DNA of 64,000 nt from Psilocybe cubensis (Eukaryota). The stretch lies in assembly GCA_017499595.2 (NCBI GenBank), contig CM039007.1, positions 806,001 through 870,000 on the forward strand, written 5' to 3'. This document shows positions 12,701 to 26,661 of this stretch, piece after piece; within the stretch, counting starts at the first letter, position 1; each line of letters opens with the position of its first letter. The notes below the pieces were generated by a model, which was not told the DNA's origin, made no database searches, and saw only the letters and a program-made list of their open reading frames with translations. A program made the position numbers and the translations under genes.

Positions 12701-14871
12701 GTGGCGGTTGTGAATGTGAATGATGTGGTAGTGGTGGTCTCTCCCTATCTCTCTCCCTTTCCCGCTCCTGATTTCGCTCCTTCTCCCGATCTCGCTCCCG
12801 ATCACGATCCACACGCGCATCACCCAGCGCCGACCACGAAGGCTGCAGCGCGCGCTCCCGCTCCCTCTCCCTCTCATGCTCCCTCTCACGATCGCGTCCT
12901 GGCCCTGACCCCGCCCCCGCCCCTGACCCCGGCCCTGGACCAGAACCCGGCAAAGGCGGAGGCGGTGTAGGCGGGTACGGTTCATGCGGCTGTAGCTGGC
13001 GCGTCGGCATCGTCGTCGCTGGTCCCGCGTGCCCATGCCCATGTGGAGGCGGAGGTACATGTGCATGAGAAGGAGGCGGAGCCGCGCGGTAGTGCTGCGC
13101 CGGCAAAAGTGGATGATGATGAGGATGATGAGGCGGCGGGGGAGGGGGAGGGGAGTGCAGGGCGTGTGGAGGTGGTGGGGGGCGTGGGTGGTATATAGGC
13201 GGTTGTGTTAGTGTAGGCGGGGTGTAATGCGAATGCGAATGCGAATGCGAATGTGATTGTGATTGTGAGTGTGAATGCGATTGAGATTGCGATTGTGAAT
13301 GAGGGCGTTTGGAATGCGCAGCTGGAGGAGGAGGAGGTGGTGGTGGTGGCGAGCCAGAGCGCGAGTGCGGGCGCGGGTGCGAATGCGAGTACCGTCCCGG
13401 ATGCGGATAAGCCGCATGCAGAGGGGGCGCAGGTGGTGGATACGGCGAAGCCGACGCGGAAGGCGGAAGAGGCGGGGGCGCACCGCGCGATGTAGCATGT
13501 GGAGGTGGATAGCTCGAGGCATACTCTCTACTGCTGCGATACCGCTGCGAGTGCGAGTGCGGGTGCGGGTGAGGGTGAGGGGCGCGGTACCGCGGATCCC
13601 TCGCAGGGTCGCTGTCGTAGCCGTATCCATACCCATACTCGCGCTCGCGCTCGTAGTCAGGCGACGGCGCGCGGTGTCTACTCCCGCTCGGTCGTCTCTG
13701 CAGCGCATGCGCATGTGCATGTGGGTGCGGCTGGGGAAGGGGATGAGGCGGCGGAGAGGGCGAGTGGTACACTCTCATCGGCGACGGCGGCGAGTGCGTA
13801 TATGCGAGGTTATCAGGCGAGTGCGATGGGGGAGGGATAAACGGTGGGCGCGATGAGTGCACGTACGATGATGGGTTCCATGTTCGCGGGGTGTACCCTG
13901 CCGTGCGTGCCCCATTACCACCACCATCACCAGCGGCGGCGGCGGAGGAGGACGCTGGCTCGCGATCGCGCGGGTGCGAGGGAGAGTGCACAGGCTCGAG
14001 CTGGGTGTCTAGTGGCTTGTCATCATCATCGTCGTCGTCGGCTGCGCTGCGCATGATAGTATCACCATCGTCCGCGGGGTCACCGTCTGATCCGGTATAC
14101 AGAGCCGGTTTGGGTGGTTTCGACGGGGGCTTGGGTTTGTGTGCGGGCTTGGGTATGGGCGTCGGCTTGGGTATGGACGTCGGCGTGGATGTCGATGCGG
14201 AGGTGGATGGGACGGGTGCCGGCGGTGGTGCAGGTGCGGGTGCGGGTGCGGGCTTTTGTAAGAGCCATGGAGGGTCTGGGATGGGTTTGAGCGTGGAGGT
14301 GTCTTTGGCGCGGGGTGGCACTGGAAGGCTATCCCTGATCACTCGAAATTCGGGCGTCGCCTTGTCTTTCTCTTTCTCCTTCTCCTTCTCTTTTTCCTTG
14401 GACCCCTTCCTCGTACTCTTTTCCTTCTCCTTCGCCTTTTCTTTCCCCTTCGCGTTCGTCTTTTCCTTTTCCTTTGCTTTTTCCTTCTCCTTCGCCTTTG
14501 CTTTTTCCCTCGCATACAACCGCGTCCTTAGATACACACCCTCCTCCTCCTCCCCATCATCCATAAGCTCATCCTTCTCCTCCTCCTCCTCCTCTTCTTC
14601 TTCTTCTTCCTCTTCCTCAACACTCTCCGCCTTCCTCGGCCTCTTCACCCTCCGTCTAGCATGACTATCCAAAACACCTGCAAGTAAAACCAATTATCAC
14701 CATTGAGAACGGAGCGAGGAGAACGGAGGAAAACGTACTTCTAGTTTTACCCGACCTAGTCCTTCTTCGCGTGCTCGTGCTATCCTCGTCATCGTTGTCG
14801 TCTATACTGGGAGAGTTGCTGGCGTCGGGCTCGAGCTCTATGGGTCGCGGACGCTTGTTAGCGGAGGGCAT
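3782..14871 (-). CDS. Giant low-complexity zinc-finger protein (~3,619 aa; C2H2 plus C2HC-type finger), putative transcription factor
   Basis: Exons 14871-14739, 14677-5554 and 5384-3782 total 10,860 nt in frame; introns 14738-14678 (GTACGT...GCAG) and 5553-5385 (GTGAGT...ACAG). Splicing reconstitutes YPCDVCGQIFTRSGDVRRHKESRH and CRFCGRVLTR|QDALQRHWDKYC. The rest is poly-P/H/Q/G and ER/EK runs. Confidence 0.8.
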
Positions 14872-15947
14872 GAAAGGAATAAGGAAAAAGGGAAAAGGAA
14901 AAGGGACACAAAAGGGACACGGAGACGGAAAGGGGAAAAGGGGAAAAGGCAAAAGGGAAACGGGAAAAAAAGGGAAAAAAGGGAAAGGTTGTAAACAAGC
15001 GATCAAGCTTCGCGAATTCGGCGAACAGTCTGAGTAAAGAAGGGGAAAACACGTTTGTTTGGTTCGTTTTCCGATCCAAAATTGATATATTGATATATTG
15101 ATTTGACTTTTTTTTACCTCTCCAGCCCAATTGAACCTGAACCAGGAAAGAAATGCGCCACTGCACTGTATCTTTCCCGTTATGGCCCATAGCCCATGTT
15201 GAATGTTCGGTTCTTTCATTTCAATTCAATCCGCATCTTCGGTTTTTTCTCACACATCCATCCAGCTAAAAAAAGCGTTGTCAATGACCTGCCACCCAAC
15301 CATTGTTAATATTATATACCTTGCCTACTTGGCTACTTGCTATACTTACTTACTGGATGCGTAGATGCGTAGTGCCACATGTGCCTTCACACACACCACA
15401 CAACGCCCCCGGAAATACTATACTATACTATACTTACTTTCCCACCCCCGAACGCAGTGAAGAGTGAGGATTACATTTCCGTCCCTCGCTCTTCCTCTTC
15501 ATTCCATTTCGTTGAGCAACCGTGACCAAACGCCAACGCACCATCGTCCCGCGCACACACTCCCACAAGCCTTTTTAAATTCTTCCCGCGAAAATACGCC
15601 ACGCATCTCCTACCACTACCACTAATCCTACCACTAATCCTAATCCTAATATTAACAGTACACTAACACAACACACACGGCGCACGCACGCATCTAACCT
15701 AATCCAGCAGCCGCGAGAAGCTTCTTGATGGGGATAGGGATCATGCTAGGGATATGAAGATGTGAAAATGGGGATATGAAGATGTGAAAATGGGGATAGG
15801 AAAATGGGAGAATGGGGATAGGAAAATGGGAGAATGGGAAAATCGATCGTGAAGGGATGTGATGTGAAGAATAGGGATGCGATGCGAAAATGAGGATGCG
15901 AAAATGCGAAAATGCGATATGGGAAACTGCGAAAATGCGAAAACGCG

Positions 15948-16028
15948 ATATGAGAATATGAGAATATGAGAATATGAGAATATGAGAATATGAGAATGTG
16001 AGAATGTGAGAATATGAGAACGTGAGAA
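15948..16028. repeat. 8-bp tandem repeat (ATATGAGA)n
   Basis: About ten copies with ATGTGAGA/ACGTGAGA variants. Confidence 0.9.
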
Positions 16029-16124
16029 CCCCTTTCGAATTCAATCCCACCACCCACCCCAATGCGGATAACCCCCTTTTCGGTCCAGGGATATGCCAAG
16101 GTTCCCATGCTCATGTCCACGTCC

Positions 16125-16233
16125 CAGGAATCAGGAAATAGAATCAGGAAATAGAATCAGGAAATAGGGATCAGGAAATAGGGATCAGGAAATAGGGATC
16201 AGGAAATAGGAATCAGGAATCAGGAATCAGGAA
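16125..16233. repeat. 13-14-bp tandem repeat (CAGGAAATAGAAT / CAGGAAATAGGGAT) grading into 7-bp CAGGAAT units
   Basis: Directly visible. Confidence 0.85.
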
Positions 16234-18690
16234 GTGGGAAGAGGGCGAAGCTAGGCCAAGCCAAGAAAGGAAGGAACTTTAGTAATGAAGTAATGAAGTA
16301 ATGAAGGAAGGAAGGAAGGAAGGAAGGAAGGGAGGGGGCCAGGGCTAAGGAAGGAAAGGAAGCAAATTCAATCCGAAGCGAGGTGATGGCATCTCCTCCT
16401 CCTCCTCCTCCTCCTCCTCCTCCCTGGCTTGCGCATTAGCGCTATCCCAAGCTCATCCTCCAAACACCAATTGACGTTGCCGTGTTTTCAACGGTGGACC
16501 CCTGATAAATTATAATACACCCTTCCCGCTCCGCAAACAAAACAAAATCGAAACGAAACAAACGGCCAATTTCAAATTTCAAATTTCGTACACACCCCAT
16601 TCGGAATTTTCATTTTCGTATGTATTATACCCTTTTTGGATTTTTGATACTTCGCCCTGATGGGGATGGGGATGGGGTTAATGGATAGATGGCCTGTGCC
16701 CCATCCCATCCTATCGGTGCCATCGACGGCGCCGCACATACACTTGCCGCTTGCCACTTGCCACTTGACGCTGATCTAACCACTAAGCCAACGGCATCAA
16801 GCATCAAACCCAGCACCAATAAGTAAATGTTCATGAACCCTGTGTACTTTTGCTCCTTCGCATAACCACAGAATCGCATCGCAAAATCGCAGAATCGTAT
16901 AATCGCATAGTAATCGTATAATCGCAAAATCGTATCGCTGGATCGCATAACCACATAATCGCATAACCACAGAATCGCAGTGGTGGTTATAAATACACCA
17001 CCAAATCACTGATACAAACCAAACGAGATGAAGAGCGAAGAGCGAAGAGCGGAGCGGAGCGATATGAAGGAGGGATTTCGGAAGAGGAAAGGAAAGGGGT
17101 GGAACACACGGTTTATACGTCCACCTATCTACCTATCCATACACACGCGTACACATGCACATATAATGAATGAACGTGAGATGTGAATATGAACGTGAAT
17201 GTGAACGTGAACGTGAACATTGCGCATTGCGCATTGATTGATGTAAAATGAAACATTGATTACCATCCATCCATCCCACCTCCATCTTAACACCTAAAAC
17301 CAAATTCCAATCCCAACTGAACCTGAGGCGTAACAGCAACGCTCATCCTCATCCACATCCACATCCACATCCACATCCACATCTACGTCAGGTATCACAC
17401 ATCTACCACGCATCACGTATTACACATCTATCATGTCTCACGTATCGTATCACTTATCACGTATCGTATCGCATATAACGCGTCACATGAATGATAAATA
17501 TCCCCAACAAGTTTACACACACACAAACTGTCAGAACACCCTTAATATCATATTACACACACACACACACACAAGCGCGCAGTTGGGCCCTGTACAACAT
17601 CGAAACCGAAAAAAACATATCACGATTCTTGCACACACAACGATTATACCCATCCCATCCCACCACCCTCTCATTTCATCTCCTCGCTTCGCCTCTCCTC
17701 TCCTCTCCTAAAATGGCATCGATCGTCGTCATAGCACTGACTCAGTGGGCGTTTGAACCGCTGGTACGCGCACAGCACCAGCGATTCTAGCGTACCCACG
17801 CACCACACAACGCACCACACAACGCACCACTCACCATCCGCCACCATCCACCAACCATCCGCACTCAGCGCACTCGTGCAGACGTACAGTCATACACGCG
17901 CTCCCACCGCGCAAATTTCACACCCTCCCAAAACAGTCAGTCCGTGTTCCAACAGCCTAACTGCAACACGCAGTCTAACACCAGGGTCCCAGGGTCCCAG
18001 GGTCCAGACGTCCAGTATTCAGAATTCAGAATTCAGAATTCAGGGTCGTGTGACCGCACGCTGGCATACGCATATACACACGCCTGCCTGCCTTCCCAGC
18101 TGTGCGGCTGGCTGCCGAGTCCCGAGTCCCGAGTCCCGAGACTCGAGGCCATGCATTGTTTCCTTACTTGTACTGGTGCTATTAATACTATGCATTGTGC
18201 TATTAGTGGTGCTGTTCGTATTAGTATTAGTATTAGTGGTGTTATTCCTATTGCTATTAATTAATATCAACGTTAGTGTCAGTGTTCATCTACCCGGTGC
18301 ATCCTTCACGTATCCCTTCATCCACCCCTCAACTCACCAATCTCAATATCCTCCAATACACACCATCCCACCACCACCACCACCACCATTCCAAATCCAA
18401 ATTATCACGATATAATTTCCCTGACAAAGTTTATCCCAAATCACACCCAAAGAGTTCCGAAATAACCACCTTATTCCCCACACCCAAAAATACGAAATCC
18501 CAAATTCTACAATTTCATACATAACATTCCCACAGCCCAATCGTACAATCGTACAATCGTGTCATCCCTACCCATTCTCCTCCCAGTATTTCCCAGGTGG
18601 TTGATACGCAGTCGTTCCCAGCCGTCTGCCATTTCCATTCAATCCCAATATTACCCATTAATTCCCAGCCGTTCCTAATTATCCAATCCC

Positions 18691-18787
18691 TCCCGATATT
18701 TCCCAGCCGTTCCCGATATTTCCCAGCCGTTCCCGATATTTCCCAGCCGTTCCCGATATTTCCCAGCCGTTCCCGATATTTCCCAGC
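18691..18787. repeat. 20-bp minisatellite (TCCCGATATTTCCCAGCCGT), nearly 5 copies
   Basis: Four perfect copies plus a partial fifth; related fragments at ~18590-18675. Confidence 0.95.
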
Positions 18788-21700
18788 ATTGATTGCCTTC
18801 CCACGCATCACCACTTAACGTTAAAGTGTACCACATACACATACGCATACGCATACGCATGGACGGAGATTTACTAGACTTAGACGTAGACCTAGGCAAA
18901 GCAGCAAACTAAACCGGTGCAAAATGTGGGGTGCGGGATGCGGGGTGTGGGGTGTGGGGAACGATACGAATGTTAACCCATTTTTGCCAATTATTTTCAT
19001 TTTCATGTTCATATCCGTTTTGTATTTCATCGCCGTAGTCGCAGCCGCAGCCGCTGTCGTAACCGTTCGCAGTCTGCTGGATAATCTCAACTTCAAATTC
19101 GAAGTCAAATGAATGGAATGAATGAATGAAACGTACGAATGAAATGAAATTAATATAATACAACTTCACTTCACTTCAATAAATAGAATGTGGCTCCTCT
19201 TACCACTTCACAAAGTCTGAATCACTGCACAAATCACGAATCACGAATCACGAATCACATTTCACCAGTCAATGAGAAACGATTCGCACACCGCATAGAA
19301 TAGCAATACTCCGACGATCAATCGATTATAGATTCCTCGAGCATGGTTTCGAAGTTTTGGATGGGCTTTAAGGAATGGCTTGGTGTCCGGTTGGGTTTAT
19401 GTTACACAAATACTTTTAACTCCAACTGTGTACCCTTGCCGTTACTTCAGCTCGCCAATTCGTGAAATTTGTCAATGTCCTCAATATATCACCATCCTCG
19501 AATAATAACACAACTCAAGATATCTAAACACCTAACCACATCCTAAAGTTCCATTCCTCCACCTCCATTTCCATCATCCCACTCCGAACCCCTCCATCAA
19601 AGTTCCCAAAATCACAGTATATAAATATACACACAAACCAAACTTAAAATATACCCAAGTAAACACTTCCCACTCACAGTCTCTCACCCATCCGACCAGC
19701 CATCCCAAGTTATTCTCAAATTACCACAAATACGGTATATAAATATACCCAAGCACATCACCACCATCAGCATACCAACAAAGGCACCTCCAACGCCGCC
19801 GTCAAAGTCAAAGTCAAAGTCAAAACTCAACGTCAACGTCACGCAATTCCCCTTGAGGCCAGGGTTTACCGCCGAGCGCTGGTGATCGGCGATCAGTGGC
19901 GAGTAGGATATCTGGTTCTGGTTCTTGATGTTTAACCTTGATTCTTACTGTAAGCTTAACTGTAGGCACGGTACAGTGAGCCAGTGGTTAAATACTAGAG
20001 CACTCATGAACACGAGGATAAAGATAGTTGATACAGCGACGGATAATGTTGTTGGTGAGACGAGATGGCCAACGCTAATAATATCAACGGTTGTTCTGGG
20101 TGGATAAGGTGGTCTATCATCGTCGTTGTATTAAACTTATTTAATTAATTAGCTTTGAGCGATTGAACATCGACAGCGTGTAATTCTGAGCAGACGAGAC
20201 GAGACGACACGTATTTTGGTCCATTTGCATTTCTCTTCAATGAAAACATTGGAACCTGGAGGGCAATGGTCGATGCACTCGCACCATATACTCTCTGGAT
20301 GACACTGCCGACGCCTTTGATAGTGCATCATACATGTACTGGAAGTTCACACCGATGACATCGGTATCTCCCCAATTGAATGAATATTTTCCTATGCTAC
20401 AAAAACAGTGGACGCACACTCGTGTAAGGTACAAGAACCAGTTTTGAAAGTCACCAAAAGTGAGATATAACACACCGCACTCAATCCCACCCACAAGCGG
20501 TAACATACACAAAATCACACATACACCACCACCACTCCTTTCTTCCCTCGCACATCACATAAATTCGCACCCCGCACACCACTCCAGGTCCCATCCCACC
20601 ACCCTCCTCCGGGCTTAACAATCCCATCGCATCATTTCCCCAAATAGAAACTCTTGGTGCCTCCCCTCGCTTAAATTGCTCTTGGTTCCTTAAGCCTCCT
20701 TGGACCTTCCTTGGGATGCGCACCGACTTGAGCCGACACTACTACACTACACAACATCATCCATCCGGTTCCGCCCCGGAAAATCAGCACACGCGGTGCC
20801 CAGCCGCCTTCGGCTCGGGCAGGGTTCCTCTGCTCATTAAAAGCATGTAGGTATATATTTATCCAGAGACATTGATTCCGTTCGAAGGGTGTGCGTACAT
20901 ACATGCATGGAACCATGTGAACTTTGAAATCGCGTGTCCAAACTATGAGCCAGCTGTTCCCACGCATCCTGGGAACGTCGATGTCGGCGTGTACACCATT
21001 TATAGATTCTCCCAGACTCAGAAGGCTGAGGAGGAGGAGCGGCTCTTGTTCCCAGGAATGTATGTCCGCGGACCCACAGAGTGGAAATATCAAATAGGTG
21101 TCTATTGTATTTTCATATACAAATCCCGCTTTATTCCATTTTTCAACTGCGCTTACAGAGTCCGTGATGTGATGTTGATCAAGGTACACACGGGCATGCA
21201 GGCAGTCGCATGTTACTTCCCACATATAGCATATCGATAACGATGATTGATTGCTGATTGTAACATCAGGTTGGATGCTGTTTGAGGGGCGTCATCTATT
21301 CCTCCGCATGCGCGCGCAGCAAAGTAAACCTGCAGTTTTTTTTATTCAACGCTTCATGGTAGAATAAGGAGGCGCAATCGCTGCGATGTTTACAACGCAC
21401 TTGGCGCCAAGCGCCCACATGGACCCCAAATTTACGTACTGAAAAAGAATCGTTGAAGAATGTGTGCAAAGGCGTTGCGAAGTCCAAGGGAGTCGGAAAA
21501 ACAGTTTGTTGTACTTCTATGTTAATATGTGTCGAAGACTTGGTGGTGAACTGTGATTTTGAGGTTTGATTTATAATATTGCGTACTGATTGGCAGCTAG
21601 TTGACGACTTGGAGGAGGTCGTCCCGGAAGGACCACTGACTCAGCTTCAATGACCGGGCATAAATAAAGCAGCTTCAAGTTACAGCTCTCATAAGGAGGA

Positions 21701-23106
21701 CATACCTGTAACATGTTCTTTAAATTTCAGTCAGTCAAAGCACATCAACTTAGTTTTATCCTTTTTGATATGCTAATCTTACTTTTTAAGCAGCAAGTCA
21801 ATCAAAATCGTCATTTCACCTGGGTGGTCGAGCGCCTTTTTATCACAAGCTCCATTTTGATTGTTAACAGCCTAAAAATAGACACAGATTCCGGAAGTCT
21901 TGAAGTATCGCTGTCACACAGGCGTGGCGCCTACCTATGGGGCGTATACATATAACCTATCTAACTTTCTCATACTCTCTTAAAACTCTAGTGATCGGCG
22001 TTTCTTTGGCATATTTTTAAGTCGTATATAGGCGTGGTACTTAGGTTCAGATACGAATTACGTTCCTCATTTTGGGGTCCTCACATCGCTGTGTAGTTAC
22101 TAAGTTGGTAGTAGTACAAGTTTAGTACTCGGCTATGTATCATTGTATCAAATAGAGTCAAATGGAACTCCAAAGTAACTAAGACGACGCCTCAGAAGCC
22201 ATCGGATGCTAAAATCAATAAATGTTATAGTTCGGTCAAAGCTCAGTCGGTGTCCAATCTCTTCCTACATGAATCACGTATAATGCTCAATAGTCCCCTA
22301 TCATAACCGCAATGCTTGTCAATTGAAACTTTGTGAAAGATTCAAGAAGCTCACGGAGATGACAATGGGAATGCCGTCATCGGCGAATAGAGCCATTGTA
22401 CGTTAACTAACATAATTTTTTGCTTTTCTTGAAGGGTCGACTGCTCCGCAATCCATCATCAGCAAAACCGCAAAAAGCATGCCATGCCATGTCGTGCTTG
22501 GAAACTCCCACGATAGTTGTTTGCGTCTGGATGGACTTTACGATGCGGTTTGCAGAATTGTCAACAGTGTCTACTAACATTTATTCTTCCAGAATAATTG
22601 GAGCATAATTGTAACATGATACCATTTATGTTACGTCTTGGATAGAGCTATACAATCTTTTGTACACTTTAAAATTTGGTTACAATCTTGTTGAATATAA
22701 TACATGGTACCGGTCAAACTGTTAGTAGAATGCATAAGAATGTATGGTTGTCTAAATATTTGCAGAAAACCTTGGAAGGATCGTCCATATTGAGCACACA
22801 ATACAAGAAATAGATCATTTTGGGGGCATGATTGTATCAAAGGTTTTGAATGGAGTGATCTTACGCACAAGTTCCAAGATAGATACAGTCATAAAAGAAG
22901 CTCAAATATATATGTATATATATAAGATGGTTTCTACTCTAACCATGCCTTACACGAGAGTCTAACATAGCCCGGATAATATAGACGTAAAGTGTGATCA
23001 GTTGAATGTGAACCTCGCACCATACAAATCACATTGACAACAACACACTTAATCAACGATGTCAAACACAAAAATTACAGATACAAGATAGCAAACGAAA
23101 GAGAAT

Positions 23107-26100
23107 CTATAGCTCAGCATACCCTTCTGCCTCATAATCATCTGATTCCCAAGCTGCCTCGCCATCTCCAGGACCAAGATCATCAAGGTCAAATTCATTT
23201 TCTGCCCCCGCCTCCTCTGCCACAATTACCTCCGGGTCTTCCAATTCGCTTTCTGAATCCTGGCTACTGTTTGAGCTTTTATATCCCCAGTCTTCATCCT
23301 CAGTGTCTACATTGTCAATATCATATTCCTTGTCATGATTTAACGATGATGGCATAGCCTCAAGCTCAGACTGGTCACTTTCTGAATCTGAATCAACTTG
23401 AAGCTGGTTATCGCCTGGTTTGTATCCTGTAAACAGGTCACGAGCTTCAAAGTTAGGCCGAAGGTCAGCTGTGTATTCATTCGTTGCCTGGTGGCCGATT
23501 CCTCCACCCAGATACCTTACGAACATGTCGCGATCAACAAACCTAAAGAATGTCAATCGTATTTAGATCAGATTAATATGAAACTGTAACTTACATATTC
23601 ACGTAGTAGTAATTCCAGTCTTTATCTTGCATCTTCTTTTCTCCAGAAACTCGCGCAATTGATGGGCCTAGTCTAGCAGTTGTGGTGCCATGGGCAAATG
23701 CCGATATGAGATGTGATCCACGTAGAATGAGAGACGGGTCCAGAAATCCGAATGCGGCCGATGAATCAGACTCAACAAATTGAAGACGATGCAAACGGCG
23801 TGTTTCCCAGCCTCCTACAAATGTGGAATCAAGTTCAAACCACCGGACCCATAGAAAGTCCATGCGGTGTACCAGATTTGACCTTGATTTTGGTCCGGTA
23901 TGCTTAATGTCAACATGATAGACACCGAGTATACGAGCATAGGCAAACGGGTGTCCATCCAGTTCCTCATTACCCGATAAGACCATAATGTCAGCATGTG
24001 AAGTGGGATTCATAGTGTCTTGGCAACGTCGGAGGTCATAGGAAGTGTAGTTGACACGACAACGTTTATGTTTGTACATACGATCATGGATAATTCGGAC
24101 GTGGTGCCGGTCTTCATCAGTGTAGTAGAGTGATTCATCTGAGTTGTCATCGTGGCCAAGTAAGCGGGACAGAAGATGGTCTTTTAGTTTAGGAACAAAT
24201 CTCTGTAAAAAAATGAGCATTAATATTCTTGAAAAAGAATAACCGTGACAGACCGTCAATGCTTCATCATCATTATTGTCGTATATCCACTGAAAAATGT
24301 TGATCGGTGAGTTCTTTCCATTTGAAATGTAATGGTGGAGCTCTGGCAGAATGGGTTGTAGTGATTCGGAATCCTCAAATGGAACCAAATGAGTCGTAGC
24401 ACCTCTTTTGTACTGATATTGTTGGGAAGAGAGGCTGCCGGCAGATTCACTTGCAGCATTTTTGACTCGATTAGCAATGCGTCGCAGTATACGTTCACGG
24501 CGTTGATGCCTTGTAATTTGATGTTCAAATTTGCGTCCTTTGTTTGTACGTGCATAGAATTTTTTGACACGTCTGTGCTCCAACTCTCCCTAAAATTGAA
24601 ACGGTCAGACAGAAATATGTATGAATAATAAGACATACCGTCTGTGTTGAGTAGCCGCTCGAAGGCCCATACTGCCATATTGCCTTTAAATAGTGTCCCA
24701 GATGGTGAAGCTTGAAGGTAAACATGTTGAAAACCTTTGCCGAAGGCGCCGCCGTATTGGCTGTTGTTGAAGATGACGCCTTTCCTTTTCCTTTACTTTT
24801 TCTTGCACGTCTTGCCCGAGCAGCCTCTTCTTTTGGCAACTCTTTTGTGTCATATTTTGGGCAAAGCTTCTTGGAAAAATCTCGCAGTGCTTGTCCAAGA
24901 CTACGTGTTGTTGCCTTAAGGCCTGTCAGACTTGACATGGTATGCATACGAAGCTTTGCGTAAGCATGCCACGTGCACAGAATAAATAAAAGGTCTTGAA
25001 GCATGGCATCGTGTTTTTGATTTGGAAGTAATCCTTCAAATACCGGCATTGAGCACTAGAAAATTATGCCATGAATCAGTACTTGGCATATAGATAATTA
25101 CAGAGTGATAAATACCTGCAGAAGATTCTCATAATCACGAGCGGCCAGCTTTTTCATAGCGGAGGCATTAGTAGAAAATCGACGAATGGTAGATCTCCCA
25201 AATGTCTGAACTTGTCGGTATCTGAGCAAATATTTAGTTACAAGATCACAATCATGAATGCTAAACCACCTTTTATTAAGCTTTTGAATATAATTTTCAC
25301 CACATGAGTAGAGTATTCGCATCAAATGTATAAAGACTGCTTTCCAGACGCCAAGTTCAAACTCATGCAAGAGATCCGGAACAAACATTGAAAAAAAATT
25401 GAATCCAAGCCCGAACAGTCTTGTTGAGAATGCATTCTACGAGATATATGAGCAGTGCTGTCAGTGATTTGACCCAGCTTAAAGAAAGAGAGACTTACTC
25501 GAGCAGGAACATATGACTCATCAGCAAGTACATTTTCGACACCTTGACTCTTGATAGAACCACCATATTCAAAGATCCATGAGCGGCTGGTTTCCACCTT
25601 TCTTTGTCTTTCTTTTGTATCTTTTCTTTCGTGGTTGCGTCTTTGGTCATCAGCACGTGTTCCGAGTGCGCTAACAAACTTCTTATAGATCGTACATCCG
25701 GTACACAGAGATTTGCCCAGAAATCGAATGGTTGCTAAAAGGACCCTGTAAAAGAATTGAATTGATATACTGATTTGGTAGGCTGGTATAACATTGACTC
25801 ACTTTTCAGGATAATCTGCTGAATATGTAAAAAATCGAGGAAAGACACGGCGGGTAATGCCATCAGTGCACTTGATAAGTATGCCATTTTCATATGCATC
25901 CATAAATTCCCCGTCTAGCAGAAGGAGCCAGACCGCATGCATGAGATCACGCTTCATGTTACGGATTGTCTCTTCAGAGGCCGCCGCTCCATTGTATGCC
26001 TCCATGTATATATCTTGAAGGTTATCCGGGAGCTTTTTAGATTGGTACAAAATTGGTAAAAAAAAACAAACAAAAAGGCGATCAAATGCTTACCGATGGT

Positions 26101-26661
26101 ATATAGGCTACATGATGAGCTGCAAAGTTGTTTGGTTTTGATCGAAAATATTGAGACTGATTGCCAAAATACAGATACAGAGGCCATAGTGAGGCATCGC
26201 CAAAGCTAGCAAGGTGTGTTGAATCCGACCACAGCATCATAGCAGCAATGCATGTTTCGATATGGACTGTTCCAGGTGGTGTGGGTTTCAATTTCCGAGT
26301 GATTTGCTCGTACTCGCCAAGAAATGCCTCAGAGTTGTATAGCTCAGTTATAACTCGCTCGGGCTCTACGTCAGGCGATGGCTGCCAAAAGAGTCGAAAT
26401 GGGGTAAAGTGGAATTGTTTTGAGGTTGAATCCTTGAAAGCAGAGGTAATCACCTCTACCAGACTACGATGATAGACATTCGGCACTTCAAGAACCGGTG
26501 CTGAAGCTTCAGAGATGTGCGATACATTTTCGCATGGCATAGATATATTAACTGAAGAGGTATTCCACCCTCCTTCGGATGCAAAAGGAGACGTCTGTGC
26601 ATCATCTGCATCGAGACGATCTAGCTCCCGCTGCACATTAAAGTTTTTGAGGTGAACTGGA
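23107..26661 (-). mobile_element. Plavaka-type (CACTA/EnSpm-related) DNA transposase gene, multi-exon, 5' end lost in the assembly gap
   Basis: Spliced translation shows family motifs MLWSDSTHLASFGDASLWPLYLYFGNQSQY, RRVFPRFFTYSADYPEK, MFVPDLLHEFELGVWK, MKKLAARDYENLLQC, WHAYAKLRMHT, YSTQTGELEHRRVK, YTSYDLRRCQD, HPFAYARILGVYH, FLWVRWF, AFGFLDP and FVDRDMFVRYLGGGIGH, then an acidic tail. Element termini not identified. Confidence 0.85.

Larger units (their letters stand above)
2400..19850. repeat. Microsatellite/low-complexity-saturated domain (coding and non-coding)
   Basis: Dense short tandem repeats such as (TTTCAA)n, (TATAG)n, (GTGTGG)n, (CTG)n, (CCT)n, (GAAG)n, (CACATC)n, (GTCAAA)n and poly-A runs; density drops abruptly after ~19850. 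Confidence 0.85.

Noticed and set aside
3700..14700. Dozens of overlapping plus-strand and alternative-frame ORFs
   Set aside because: Shadows of GC-rich tri/hexanucleotide repeats in the zinc-finger gene; no independent domain signal.
18691..18787. Regular repeats (also 31371-31424) as a CRISPR-like array
   Set aside because: Head-to-tail repeats with no unique spacers, eukaryotic context, no cas genes.
14900..19200. ORFs such as 15694-16062, 17753-18415 and 18515-18814
   Set aside because: Translations simply mirror non-coding microsatellites (FSYSHIL, GKYRERLGNI repeats).
19949..20089. Possible short solo LTR (TGTAAG...TCAACG)
   Set aside because: One end deviates from TG...CA, no target-site duplication and no second copy in the window.
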